Positions 8,255 through 18,837 are shown, numbered from the stretch's first letter. The stretch is 32,000 nucleotides of DNA from Clostridiales bacterium (GCA_004556155.1 SFIM01000005.1:64161-96160), one strand, 5' to 3'. Numbers and translations are program-made. Notes: a model not told the origin generated them from the sequence alone.

Positions 8255-9320
8255 GCTGTCTTTTGCTGGGCTGCACGTGGCCCAGCGCGCGCCCATGGCC
8301 GCCTGGAAGGCCGCGCTGCTGCGTGTAGCGGCCGTGCTGCTGGCGCTGGTTGTGGGCGGATTGATCCTGCTGTGTCTGGGCTACAACCCTCTGCTGGTCT
8401 ATCAGACCATGCTGAACGGCGCGCTGGCCAAGAAGACCGCACGCGCGAGCGTGGTGCGAAACGCCGTGCCGCTGGCCATCGTGGCGCTTGGCGTAACGCT
8501 GGCGTTCAAAATGAAATTCTGGAACATCGGCGCGGAGGGCCAAATCTGCATCGGCGCCATCGCTGCTTCCTTCTTTGCCTATTCGTTTGATTGGCCGAGC
8601 TGGCTGCTTTTGACGGTGATGGCCGTGGCTGGCTTTATCGCGGGCGGCCTGTGGGGCTTGATCCCGGCGATTTTCAAGACGAAGTTTGGCACCAACGAAA
8701 CGCTGTTTACCCTGATGATGAACTACATCGCCGCCTACTTTATCCAGTATCTGCGCGAGGGACCCTGGCGCGATCCGGCCAAGAACGGCTTCCCCGAAAT
8801 GCCGCGCTTTGCCGCTGCTGCGCGTCTTCCCAGCGTGCTTGGCGTGCATGCGGGCTGGATTTTTGCGCTGGCGATTGCGTTGTTTGTGCTGATTTATCTG
8901 CGCTATACCAAGCACGGCTATGAGCTGACCGTGGTAGGCGACAATATCACCACCGCGCGCTACGCGGGCATGCCGGTCAACCGCATCATCCTGCGCACCA
9001 TGTTTATCAGCGCGGGCGTCTGCGGCCTGTCCGGCATGATTCAGGCCAGCGGCGCCAACAAGATGCTGACCGACAGCGTGGCGGGCGGCGACGGCTTTAC
9101 GGCCATCATCGTGGCCTGGCTGGCGCGGCTGTCCCCCGTTGGCATCCTGATTGTAGCCGTGATGTTTGGCGTGCTCAAAAAGGGTTGTGCGTCGGTGGAG
9201 ACGGTTTACAAGATTTCCAGCGAGTTTTTCGGCATTCTGCAAGGCATTATCCTGTTCTTTGTTCTGGGCGTTGAGTTCTTTATCACCTATCGCGTGCAGC
9301 GCAAAAAGGAGGTTAAGTGA
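8247..9320 (+). CDS. ABC transporter permease (NupP-like, COG4603 class)
   Basis: Multi-TM protein directly following the ATPase. Three in-frame ATGs (8232, 8241, 8247); 8247 has the best spacing, 6 nt after GAGGAGG (8234-8240). The ORF overlaps the ATPase stop. Confidence 0.85.
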   Translation: MPKLSFAGLHVAQRAPMAAWKAALLRVAAVLLALVVGGLILLCLGYNPLLVYQTMLNGALAKKTARASVVRNAVPLAIVALGVTLAFKMKFWNIGAEGQICIGAIAASFFAYSFDWPSWLLLTVMAVAGFIAGGLWGLIPAIFKTKFGTNETLFTLMMNYIAAYFIQYLREGPWRDPAKNGFPEMPRFAAAARLPSVLGVHAGWIFALAIALFVLIYLRYTKHGYELTVVGDNITTARYAGMPVNRIILRTMFISAGVCGLSGMIQASGANKMLTDSVAGGDGFTAIIVAWLARLSPVGILIVAVMFGVLKKGCASVETVYKISSEFFGILQGIILFFVLGVEFFITYRVQRKKEVK

Positions 9321-10273
9321 TGAGCACTTTTCTTGCTTTCCTGTATGCCGCCGTGCTGTCGGGCGTTCCGCTGCTGTACGGCACGCTGGGTGAAATCATC
9401 ACCGAAAAGGCCGGGCACCTGAACCTGGGCGTAGAGGGCATGATGTACATGGGCGCGGCCTTCGCTTTCATGGGCGGCTATATTTCGGGCAGCCCTGTGG
9501 TCGCGCTGCTGTTTGCCATCGGCGCTGGGGTGCTGGGCGCACTGATTTACGCCTTCCTGACCATTACGCTCAAGGCCAATCAAAACGTATCCGGCCTGGC
9601 GCTGACCACCTTTGGCACGGGCGTAGCCAACTTTCTTGGCACCAGCCTGCAAAAAAGCTCAGTCTCCGTGGTCGTTGTGCCTGCCAGCGTTGTCAACGTC
9701 TTTAAGCCCTTGGATATGGGCTTTCTGTCCGATCTGCCTGTCGTTGGGCAATTGATCTTTTCCCACAGCCTGTTTACGTATCTGGCTGTGGCGCTGGCCA
9801 TCGGTATGCATCTGTATCTCAACAAAACGCACTGCGGGCTGAACCTGCGCGCCATCGGCGAAAACCCCGGCGCTGCGGACGCTGCCGGCGTAAACGTAAC
9901 GCTGTACAAGTATGTGCACCTGCTGGTTGGCGGGGCAATCTGCGGCCTGGGCGGCGCGTATATCTCGCTTGTTACCTGCGCCGGCAACTGGCAGCAGGAC
10001 TGCGTATCCGGCCAGGGCTGGATCGCCGTGGCGCTGGTTATCTTTGTATCCTGGAAGCCCGCCAAGGCGCTGTGGGGCGCGTTCTTCTTTGGCGCGCTGC
10101 GCATCCTCAAGCTCTATGTGCCCGCCAGCGTCATTTCCCTGCCCTCGGCCTTTTACCTGATGCTGCCCTTTGCCGTTACCTGCGTGGTGCTGGTGCTCTC
10201 CTCCATCCGCATGCGCCGCGAAAACCAGGCGCCGGCCGCCTGCGGTGTCAATTATTTCCGCGAGGAACGCTGA
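9320..10273 (+). CDS. ABC transporter permease (NupQ-like, COG1079 class)
   Basis: Multi-TM protein. ATG 9320 overlaps the preceding stop (TGATG) and lies 7 nt after AAAGGAGG (9305-9312). The ORF-track start at 9317 is a GTG one codon upstream. Confidence 0.85.
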   Translation: MSTFLAFLYAAVLSGVPLLYGTLGEIITEKAGHLNLGVEGMMYMGAAFAFMGGYISGSPVVALLFAIGAGVLGALIYAFLTITLKANQNVSGLALTTFGTGVANFLGTSLQKSSVSVVVVPASVVNVFKPLDMGFLSDLPVVGQLIFSHSLFTYLAVALAIGMHLYLNKTHCGLNLRAIGENPGAADAAGVNVTLYKYVHLLVGGAICGLGGAYISLVTCAGNWQQDCVSGQGWIAVALVIFVSWKPAKALWGAFFFGALRILKLYVPASVISLPSAFYLMLPFAVTCVVLVLSSIRMRRENQAPAACGVNYFREER

Positions 10274-10300
10274 AAAGTACAGTTTTCACGCTTTCAGGGC

Positions 10301-10330
10301 TTTACATTTTCAGCGTTTATCTGGTATAAT
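10301..10330 (+). promoter_or_regulatory. Sigma-A-type promoter for the ileS leader
   Basis: TTTACA (10301-10306), 18-nt spacer, TGgTATAAT (extended -10; TATAAT at 10325-10330). Confidence 0.7.
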
Positions 10331-10336
10331 GCTTAA

Positions 10337-10549
10337 GTATTATGCGATGATGGAAACGGGTGCGGACACGCGCTTTCAGCAAGCCGGGGAGGATGCAAGC
10401 CCGGCAGCGGCGGCCGATGCCAGATCATTCCGGAGCTCGGGCTAATCCCCCGCGGCATGCCCCCGTTACAGGCAAAGAGCGGGCGCACACTGTGCGTCAA
10501 TTTGGGTGGTACCGCGGCCTGTCCGTCCCATGGGATGGACAGGCTTTTT
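10337..10549 (+). promoter_or_regulatory. T-box riboswitch leader, isoleucine-specific
   Basis: GA/K-turn-like GCGATGA near the 5' end. AG-bulge-like AGCAAG plus a distal stem-loop. ATC-A specifier candidate at 10424-10427. Conserved T-box sequence AATTTGGGTGGTACCGCG (10499-10516). Intrinsic terminator GCCTGTCC...GGACAGGC followed by TTTTT (10517-10549). Located directly upstream of ileS. Confidence 0.9.
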
Positions 10550-10587
10550 CTATTCTTTGGATACAAGCGGCTGAAAGGAGCAAGCAG

Positions 10588-13500
10588 ATGTACAGCAAAG
10601 TCACAACCGACATGCATTTTAACGAGCGCGAAAAGGAAGTGCTCAAGTTCTGGCAGGACAACGATATTGTCAACAAGAGCTTCCACCTGCGCGACGGCGC
10701 GGATAATTTCACCTTTTTCGACGGCCCTCCCACCGCCAACGGCAAGCCCCATATCGGCCATGTGCTTACCCGCGCCATCAAGGATCTGATTCCCCGCTAT
10801 CAGACCATGAAGGGCAAGTCTGTGCTGCGCATCGCCGGCTGGGATACCCACGGACTGCCGGTAGAGCTGGAGGTGGAAAAGAAGCTGGGTCTGGACGGCA
10901 AGCCGCAGATCGAATCCTACGGCATCGAGCCCTTTATCAAGGAGTGCAAGGAGAGCGTCTGGAAGTACCTGCACCTGTGGGAGGACATGTCCAACCGCGT
11001 GGGCTTCTGGGTGGATATGAAGCACCCCTACGTCACCTATCATGACGATTATATCGAATCCGTATGGTGGAGCCTGAAGCAGCTGGCCGAAAAGAACATG
11101 ATCTACAAGGGACACAAGATCGTGCCCTATTGCCCGCGCTGCGGCACCGCGCTGTCCAGCCATGAGGTTGCCCAGGGCTATAAGAACGTAAAGGAAAAAT
11201 CCGCCTTTGTTCGCTTCAAGGTTGTGGGCGAGGAGAATACCTATCTGCTTGCCTGGACTACCACCCCATGGACGCTGCCCAGCAACCTGGCGCTGTGCGT
11301 CAATCCCCATGAAACCTACTGCCATGTGCGCGCCGAGGGCCGCGTTTATATCATGGCCAAGGCGCTGGTAGAAACGGTGCTGGAAGGCAAAGAGCCCGAA
11401 ATCCTGGATGAAATGCCCGGCACCGCGCTGCACGGCCTGGAGTATGAGCCGCTGTATCGCTTTGTAGAGCCGGATAAGAAAGCCTGGTTCGTCATCTGCG
11501 ACGATTACGTCACCATGACCGACGGTACCGGCATCGTTCACATTGCCCCTGCATTCGGCGAGGACGATAATCGCGTATCCCGCGAAAACGGCCTGCCTTT
11601 CGTCAATCTGGTGGACGCACAGGGCAAGATGGTTGCCGAAACTGCCTGGCCGGGCGTGTTCGTCAAGGACGCCGATCCCCTGATTCTGGAGGATCTGAAG
11701 CAGCGTGGCCTGCTTTTTGCCGCCGTGCCCTTCACCCATGATTATCCCTTCTGTTGGCGCTGCGACACCCCGCTGCTGTATTACGCCCGCCCCACCTGGT
11801 TTATCCGCATGACCGCCGTGCGCGATCAGCTGGTTGCCAATAACCGCTCCGTCAACTGGATGCCCGACAACATCAAGGAAGGCCGCATGGGCAATTTCCT
11901 TGAAAACGTGGTGGACTGGGGCCTTTCTCGCGAACGTTACTGGGGCACCCCGCTGCCCATCTGGCTGTGCGAGGACGGCCATATGCACGTCATCGGCAGC
12001 AAGCAGGAGCTGCTGGATATGGCCATCGGTGAGGTTAACCTGCCCGAGCTGCATCGCCCCTATATCGATCAGGTTGTTCTGCGCTGCCCGCACTGCGGCA
12101 AGCCCATGCACCGCGTCAAGGAGGTCATCGACTGCTGGTACGATTCCGGCTCCATGCCCTTTGCGCAGTGGCACTATCCTTTTGAAAACAAGGACAAGTT
12201 CGAGTCCCGCTTCCCGGCCGATTTTATTTCCGAGGCCATCGACCAGACCCGCGGCTGGTTCTATACGCTGCTTGCCATTTCCACGCAGGTGTTCGGCTGC
12301 TCGCCCTTCAAAAACTGCCTGGTGCTGGGGCACGTGCAGGATGCGGACGGCCGCAAGATGAGCAAGCATCTGGGTAACGTAGTAGACCCCTGGGATGTGC
12401 TGGACGATCAGGGTGCGGACGCCGTGCGCTGGTATTTCTATGCCGCCAGCGCGCCGTGGCTGCCCAGCCGCTTCTCCAAGGCCAACGTGTCCGAGTATCA
12501 GCGCAAGTTCATGGGCACGCTCTGGAACGCCTATTACTTCTATGTGCTCTATGCCGATATCGACCAGTTTGATCCCACCCAGCACGATCTGCGCAAAGCG
12601 CAGCTGACGCTGATGGACAAGTGGATTCTCAGCCGCCTGAACACGCTGATCCGCGGCGTGGACGACGATCTGGCCAACTATCGCATTCCTGAAGCCACCC
12701 GCAAGCTGACCGATTTTGTGGACGATCTGTCCAACTGGTATATCCGCCTGGGCCGCGACCGCTTTTGGGGCAAGGGCATGGAGGGCGATAAGGAAGCCGC
12801 CTTCATCACCCTGTACACGGTGCTGTCCACCCTGTGCCGCCTGATCGCCCCTTTCGTGCCCTTCATGTCCGAAAGCATCTATCAGAACATCGTGCGCACC
12901 GTGGATCACAGCGCGCCCGAAAGCGTGCATCTGTGCGACTTCCCTGTGTGCGATGAAAGCATGATCGACACGGACGCCGAACGCCAGATGGCGGCGGTGG
13001 AAAACGTGGTGCAGCTGGGCCGCGCCTGCCGCAACCTGAGCAACATCAAGGTACGCCAGCCGCTGTCCACGCTCTATGTATGCGGCGCGGACTTTGGCGA
13101 AGCCTACAAATCGCTGGTTGAGGATGAATTGAACGTCAAGAACGTGCAGTTCATCCAGAACGCGGGCGAGTTTGTCAGCTACGATCTCAAGCCCAACTTC
13201 TTCACCCTCAAGGCTCGCTATGGCCGCTTCCTGGGCCGTATGCGCGGCGAATTGCAGAAGCTGGACGGCTCGGCCGTGGTCGCCGCCTTTGAAAAGGGCG
13301 AGACCGTCACCCTGCGTATGGACGATACCGATATCGTGCTCAATAAGGAAGACGTGCTGGTAGAGGCCGTCAAGAAGGAAGGATACACCTCCCAGGTGGA
13401 CGGCAAGCTGACGGTGGTGCTGGATACCAAGCTGACCGACGCGCTGATCGAGGAAGGCTATGCACGTGAGTTCATCAGCAAAGTGCAGTCCATGCGCAAG

Positions 13501-13707
13501 GATACTGGCTTTGATGTGACCGACCACATCGCCGTCACCTGCCAGTGCGGCGAAAAGCTGGCCGCAGCGCTGGACAAGGCGCGCGATATGGTGCTTGCCG
13601 GCGTGCTGGCCGACAGCCTGACGCTGACGGATACTGCCGGCGGCGAGGCTGTGAAGGAATGGGACATCAACGGAGAAAGCGCCGTCATCGGCGTCAAGAG
13701 GGTATAA
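10588..13707 (+). CDS. ileS: Isoleucine--tRNA ligase, type 2 (long, eukaryote-like form)
   Basis: PPTANGKPHIGH (HIGH motif in the type-2 context) and KMSKHLGN (KMSKS motif). 1039 aa. ATG 10588 lies 7 nt after AAAGGAG. The ORF-track start at 10360 lies inside the T-box leader. Confidence 0.95.
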   Translation: MYSKVTTDMHFNEREKEVLKFWQDNDIVNKSFHLRDGADNFTFFDGPPTANGKPHIGHVLTRAIKDLIPRYQTMKGKSVLRIAGWDTHGLPVELEVEKKLGLDGKPQIESYGIEPFIKECKESVWKYLHLWEDMSNRVGFWVDMKHPYVTYHDDYIESVWWSLKQLAEKNMIYKGHKIVPYCPRCGTALSSHEVAQGYKNVKEKSAFVRFKVVGEENTYLLAWTTTPWTLPSNLALCVNPHETYCHVRAEGRVYIMAKALVETVLEGKEPEILDEMPGTALHGLEYEPLYRFVEPDKKAWFVICDDYVTMTDGTGIVHIAPAFGEDDNRVSRENGLPFVNLVDAQGKMVAETAWPGVFVKDADPLILEDLKQRGLLFAAVPFTHDYPFCWRCDTPLLYYARPTWFIRMTAVRDQLVANNRSVNWMPDNIKEGRMGNFLENVVDWGLSRERYWGTPLPIWLCEDGHMHVIGSKQELLDMAIGEVNLPELHRPYIDQVVLRCPHCGKPMHRVKEVIDCWYDSGSMPFAQWHYPFENKDKFESRFPADFISEAIDQTRGWFYTLLAISTQVFGCSPFKNCLVLGHVQDADGRKMSKHLGNVVDPWDVLDDQGADAVRWYFYAASAPWLPSRFSKANVSEYQRKFMGTLWNAYYFYVLYADIDQFDPTQHDLRKAQLTLMDKWILSRLNTLIRGVDDDLANYRIPEATRKLTDFVDDLSNWYIRLGRDRFWGKGMEGDKEAAFITLYTVLSTLCRLIAPFVPFMSESIYQNIVRTVDHSAPESVHLCDFPVCDESMIDTDAERQMAAVENVVQLGRACRNLSNIKVRQPLSTLYVCGADFGEAYKSLVEDELNVKNVQFIQNAGEFVSYDLKPNFFTLKARYGRFLGRMRGELQKLDGSAVVAAFEKGETVTLRMDDTDIVLNKEDVLVEAVKKEGYTSQVDGKLTVVLDTKLTDALIEEGYAREFISKVQSMRKDTGFDVTDHIAVTCQCGEKLAAALDKARDMVLAGVLADSLTLTDTAGGEAVKEWDINGESAVIGVKRV

Positions 13708-14568
13708 ATGTTTATAGCCGATCATTGGCAATCGTTTGAAGTGCTGGATACGGGCGACGGCGAAAAGCTGGAGCGGTGGGGCAAGTATGTGCTCCGCCGC
13801 CCCGATCCTCAGGTCATCTGGCCCAAGGCTGATCCTGGCTGCTGGAGCGCCGCGCAGGCGCACTATCTGCGCAGCGAGCGTGGCGGCGGCGAGTGGCGCT
13901 TTGAGGAGCGCCTGCCCGAGCGCTGGCAGATCAGCTACGGCGATCTCAGGTTCCATGTGCGCCCCACCGGCTTTAAGCATACGGGCCTGTTTCCCGAGCA
14001 GGCTGCCAACTGGGATTGGATGCGCGGGCTGATCCGCGCACGCAGCGGCCAGACAAAGGTGCTTAACCTCTTTGCCTATACAGGCGGGGCCACCCTGGCC
14101 TGCGCTGCGGAGGGCGCGCACGTCACCCATGTGGATGCTGCCAAGGGCATGGTGCAGTGGGCCAAGGAAAACCGTGAGCTCAGCGGTCTGCCTGAAACCT
14201 CCTGCCGCTATATCGTGGAGGATGCGCTGGCCTTTGTGCGACGTGAAATTCGCCGCGGCAATACCTACGACGGCATCCTGATGGATCCTCCCAGCTACGG
14301 GCGCGGCCCCAGCGGCGAGGTCTGGAAGCTGGAAAACGAGCTCTACACCCTGGCTGATACCTGCGCGCAAGTGCTTAGCCCCCGGCCGCTTTTCTTCCTG
14401 ATCAACAGCTACACAACAGGCTTCCAGCCGGCTGTGCTGCAAAACATCATCGGCCGCACGGTTGTATCCCGCTTTGGCGGGCAGGTGGACGCGCAGGAAG
14501 TGGTATTGCCGGTGCGCGCGGGCGGCGTGCTGCCCTGCGGCGCCAGCGGACGCTGGCAGAAGGACTGA
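13708..14568 (+). CDS. Class I SAM-dependent methyltransferase, RlmI/COG1092-like (probable RNA methyltransferase without a PUA domain)
   Basis: FHVRPTGFKHTGLFPEQAANW (the KTG-F-DQ-N-like block). SAM-binding VLNLFAYTGGATLA. Catalytic-region block YDGILMDPPSYGRGP. The ATG immediately follows the ileS TAA. Confidence 0.75.
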   Translation: MFIADHWQSFEVLDTGDGEKLERWGKYVLRRPDPQVIWPKADPGCWSAAQAHYLRSERGGGEWRFEERLPERWQISYGDLRFHVRPTGFKHTGLFPEQAANWDWMRGLIRARSGQTKVLNLFAYTGGATLACAAEGAHVTHVDAAKGMVQWAKENRELSGLPETSCRYIVEDALAFVRREIRRGNTYDGILMDPPSYGRGPSGEVWKLENELYTLADTCAQVLSPRPLFFLINSYTTGFQPAVLQNIIGRTVVSRFGGQVDAQEVVLPVRAGGVLPCGASGRWQKD

Positions 14569-14598
14569 CGGGACGTGCTCCCGTGAAAGGAAATACGC

Positions 14599-15339
14599 AT
14601 GAGTGAGATCATCAAGGATCCCGTAATCCTCTATGAGGACAACCACATCGTGGTGCTGGTCAAGCCCGCCAATATGCTGGTGCAGGGCGACAGCACGGGC
14701 GATCCCGATGTCCTGAGCTGGCTGAAGCAGTACATTAAGGAAAAATACAATAAGCCGGGCGAGGCCTTTATCGGCCTGGTGCATCGCATGGATCGTCCTG
14801 TTGGCGGCTTGCTGGTATTTGCCCGCACCAGCAAGGCGGCCTCCCGCCTGTCCGAGCAGGTGCGCACGCACGAGCTTTGCCGCGAATACGTATGCGTCTG
14901 CCAGGGCGACGCGCCCGATCGCTTTACCCTGCACGACTGGCTGCAAAAGGACGAGGCCGCCAATAAGGTAAAGGTCATCCCCTCTTACCTGAAGCTGCAG
15001 GGAAAAGAAGCTATCCTGCACGGTCGGGGCGTAGCGCGCCGCAGCGGACACTCGCTGGTATGCATCCGCCTGGAAACGGGCCGTGCGCATCAGATCCGCG
15101 TGCAGATGCAGCATGCGGGTCATCCGCTGTGGGGCGATAATCGCTATGGCAATGGCAAACGCGGCCAGCAGATCGCCCTGTGGGGCATGCGGCTGACGCT
15201 CAATCACCCCATCACCGGCGAAAGCATGCTCTTTATCGCGCCCCCGCCCGAGGCCGCCCCTTGGACGGCCTTCACCCGCGAGCTGGACGGCCTGGAAAAG
15301 GCCTGGCCGCAAATCATCTTTGAACCTGGACAGCTGTAA
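14599..15339 (+). CDS. RluA-family pseudouridine synthase (no S4 domain)
   Basis: Catalytic-Asp motif HRMDRPVGGLLVFARTSKAASRL and motif III GRAHQIRVQM. Confidence 0.85.
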   Translation: MSEIIKDPVILYEDNHIVVLVKPANMLVQGDSTGDPDVLSWLKQYIKEKYNKPGEAFIGLVHRMDRPVGGLLVFARTSKAASRLSEQVRTHELCREYVCVCQGDAPDRFTLHDWLQKDEAANKVKVIPSYLKLQGKEAILHGRGVARRSGHSLVCIRLETGRAHQIRVQMQHAGHPLWGDNRYGNGKRGQQIALWGMRLTLNHPITGESMLFIAPPPEAAPWTAFTRELDGLEKAWPQIIFEPGQL

Positions 15340-16479
<1,140 letters not shown>

Positions 16480-16499
16480 GGCTTTTTGCAAACTGCATC

Positions 16500-16528
16500 T
16501 TGACAGAAGACGCCGAAAAAGCTATACT
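16500..16528 (+). promoter_or_regulatory. Sigma-A-type promoter for the alaS leader
   Basis: TTGACA (16500-16505), 17-nt spacer, TATACT (16523-16528). Confidence 0.7.
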
Positions 16529-16534
16529 TTTCTC

Positions 16535-16776
16535 CGAATTGAATACGCAGCATTGACGCAGATAAGTACCCGCTGATCTTCAGCGAGCCGGTGATGGTGA
16601 AAGGCCGGCGCCAAGCGGAGAAGCCCCTGCCGAGTTGTCCGCCGGAAATCCAGTATGGCGGATCGGTTCCTACCGTTATCAGGCTTGAGGTGGGCGAGTC
16701 ATATCGCCAATCGAAGTGGTACCGCGAATATTGTGTCTGTTCGTCTTCGAGCGTGCAGGCACAATTTTATTATTTT
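16535..16776 (+). promoter_or_regulatory. T-box riboswitch leader, alanine-specific
   Basis: AGTA element, AG-bulge AGCGAG, and distal loop GGTGAAAG. GCC triplets at 16623-16625 and 16629-16631 are the specifier candidates. T-box sequence AATCGAAGTGGTACCGCG (16709-16726). Terminator ATTGTGTCTG...CAGGCACAAT followed by a T-rich run (16730-16776). Located directly upstream of alaS. Confidence 0.85.
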
Positions 16777-16793
16777 AAAGGAGCGTAATCGCT

Positions 16794-18764
16794 ATGAAAC
16801 AGCTTTCTTCCAATGAGCTGCGCGCGCTGTTCCTGAAGTTCTTCCAGAAAAAGGGTCACAGCGTCATTCCTTCCGCCTCCGTCATTCCCGAAAACGATCC
16901 CACCGTGCTCTTCACCACCGCTGGCATGCATCCTCTGGTTCCCTATCTGCTGGGTCAGAAGCATCCTCAGGGCACACGCCTGACCGACGTGCAGAAGTGC
17001 ATCCGCACCGGCGACATTGATGAAGTGGGCGATATGAGCCACCTGACTTTCTTTGAAATGCTGGGCAACTGGAGCCTGGGCGATTATTTCAAGGATCAGA
17101 TGATCCCCTGGAGCTGGGAATTTCTAACCAGCCCCGAATGGCTGGGCATCGACCCGGACAAGCTGGCCTTCACCGTGTTTGAGGGCGATGAGGATTGCCC
17201 GCGCGACGAGGAAGCGGCTAACCTGTGGCGCAAGTGCGGCGTAAAGGACGATCATCTGTTCTATCTGCCCAAGGAGCATAACTGGTGGGGTCCTGCCGGT
17301 GTGACCGGTCCCTGCGGTCCGGACACCGAGATGTTTATCATAACCAAGAAGCCTTGCGGCCCGGATTGCTCCCCTGCCTGCCACTGCGGCGCGTATCTGG
17401 AAATCTGGAACGACGTGTTTATGCAGTATAACAAGCAGAAGGACGGCTCCTTCGTTCCCCTGACACAGAAGAACGTGGATACCGGCATGGGTCTGGAACG
17501 CACCATCTGCGTGCTCAACGGCAAAAAGAGCGTGTATGAAACCGACGCTTTCACCGGCATCTTGGCCAAGATCGAGGAGCTGTGCGGCAAAAAATATACT
17601 TCCGATGACGAGAACACCCGCGCCTTCCGCATCGTGGCGGATCATATGCGCACCTCTACTTTCATTATCGGCGATCCGCGCGGCATCGGCCCCAGCAACG
17701 TGGGTCAGGGCTATATCCTGCGCCGCCTGATCCGCCGCGCCGTGCGCTACGGCATGGGTCTGGGCCTGCAAGAGGGCTTCACCGCTGAAATCGCCAAGGT
17801 CATCATCGATCAGTACAAGGCGGTTTATCCTGAGCTGGAGCAGAACAAGGCCTTCGTGCTGGAGCAGCTGACGCTGGAAGAGGGCCGCTTCGCCCGTACC
17901 CTCAAGCAGGGCGAAAAGGAATTTGACAAGGTGATGAACAACCTGCGCCGCACCCGCGAAGCGATGGAGAAGATTCTCGCCGACGATACCCTTGCCGCTG
18001 CTGAAGAAGCGGTTAAGACGCATGTCCTGCGCCCGCAGCCGGATATGGTCTCTGCCATCGAGGCCGTCAAGGCTGGCGATTTGGCCAAGGTCAAAGCTGA
18101 ATGCCAGAAGATTCATGACAGCCTGAACGTGATCGACGGCCGCAGCGCCTTCAAGCTCTATGATACCTATGGCTTCCCCATCGAAATTACCAAGGAGCTG
18201 GCTGCCGAGAACGGCCTGACCGTGGATGAGGCGGACTTTGCCAAGCGCTTCGAGCAGCATCAGGCCACCAGCCGCAGCGGCGCGGAGCAGATTTTCAAGG
18301 GCGGTCTGGCCGATCATAGCGAGCAGACTACCTGCCTGCACACCGCCACCCACCTGCTGCAGGCTGCGCTGCGCAAGGTGCTGGGCGACGAAGTGCACCA
18401 GAAGGGCAGCAACATCACCGCCGAGCGCCTGCGCTTTGACTTCACCTTCGGCCGTAAAGTAACGCCCGAAGAGCTGGCCCAGGTAGAAGCGCTGGTAAAC
18501 GAAGCCATCGCCGCCAAGGTGCCCATCACCATGGAGGAAATGACCGTGTCCGAGGCCAAGGCGCAGGGCGCGATGGGCCTGTTTGAAAGCAAGTACGGCG
18601 AGGTTGTGCGCGTGTACACCATGGGCCCCTACTCCAAGGAAATCTGTGGCGGCCCGCACGCCAACAATACCGGCGATCTGGTTTCCTTTAAAATCATCAA
18701 GGAAGAGGCCTCCTCTGCCGGCGTTCGCCGCATCAAGGCGACCATCGGCCGCAAAGCCGAATAA
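16794..18764 (+). CDS. alaS: Alanine--tRNA ligase, short form (656 aa)
   Basis: The class II AlaRS core is present: FFQKKGH, FTTAGM, FFEMLGNWSLGDYFK, DTGMGLER, YILRRLIRRA, LYDTYGFP. Editing-site zinc motifs HTATHLL and CGGPH are present. The protein ends about 35 aa after CGGPH. Confidence 0.85.
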   Translation: MKQLSSNELRALFLKFFQKKGHSVIPSASVIPENDPTVLFTTAGMHPLVPYLLGQKHPQGTRLTDVQKCIRTGDIDEVGDMSHLTFFEMLGNWSLGDYFKDQMIPWSWEFLTSPEWLGIDPDKLAFTVFEGDEDCPRDEEAANLWRKCGVKDDHLFYLPKEHNWWGPAGVTGPCGPDTEMFIITKKPCGPDCSPACHCGAYLEIWNDVFMQYNKQKDGSFVPLTQKNVDTGMGLERTICVLNGKKSVYETDAFTGILAKIEELCGKKYTSDDENTRAFRIVADHMRTSTFIIGDPRGIGPSNVGQGYILRRLIRRAVRYGMGLGLQEGFTAEIAKVIIDQYKAVYPELEQNKAFVLEQLTLEEGRFARTLKQGEKEFDKVMNNLRRTREAMEKILADDTLAAAEEAVKTHVLRPQPDMVSAIEAVKAGDLAKVKAECQKIHDSLNVIDGRSAFKLYDTYGFPIEITKELAAENGLTVDEADFAKRFEQHQATSRSGAEQIFKGGLADHSEQTTCLHTATHLLQAALRKVLGDEVHQKGSNITAERLRFDFTFGRKVTPEELAQVEALVNEAIAAKVPITMEEMTVSEAKAQGAMGLFESKYGEVVRVYTMGPYSKEICGGPHANNTGDLVSFKIIKEEASSAGVRRIKATIGRKAE

Positions 18765-18777
18765 TCCCGTTCATTGC

Positions 18778-18820
18778 AAATCGCGGAGGATGCGCCGCAA
18801 GGCCGTCCCCCGCGATTTTT
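18778..18820 (+). terminator. Rho-independent terminator after alaS
   Basis: AAATCGCGG (18778-18786) pairs with CCGCGATTT (18810-18818), and the T-run extends to 18820. Confidence 0.75.
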
Positions 18821-18837
18821 CATCGGAAAGGAGCTTT

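Noticed and set aside
16591-16788. A 65-aa ORF upstream of alaS. The leader-embedded 5' part of the ileS ORF (10360-10587) is a similar case.
   Set aside because: Both fall inside T-box leader RNAs and run through the conserved T-box sequence and terminator. They have no RBS and are explained by the riboswitch.
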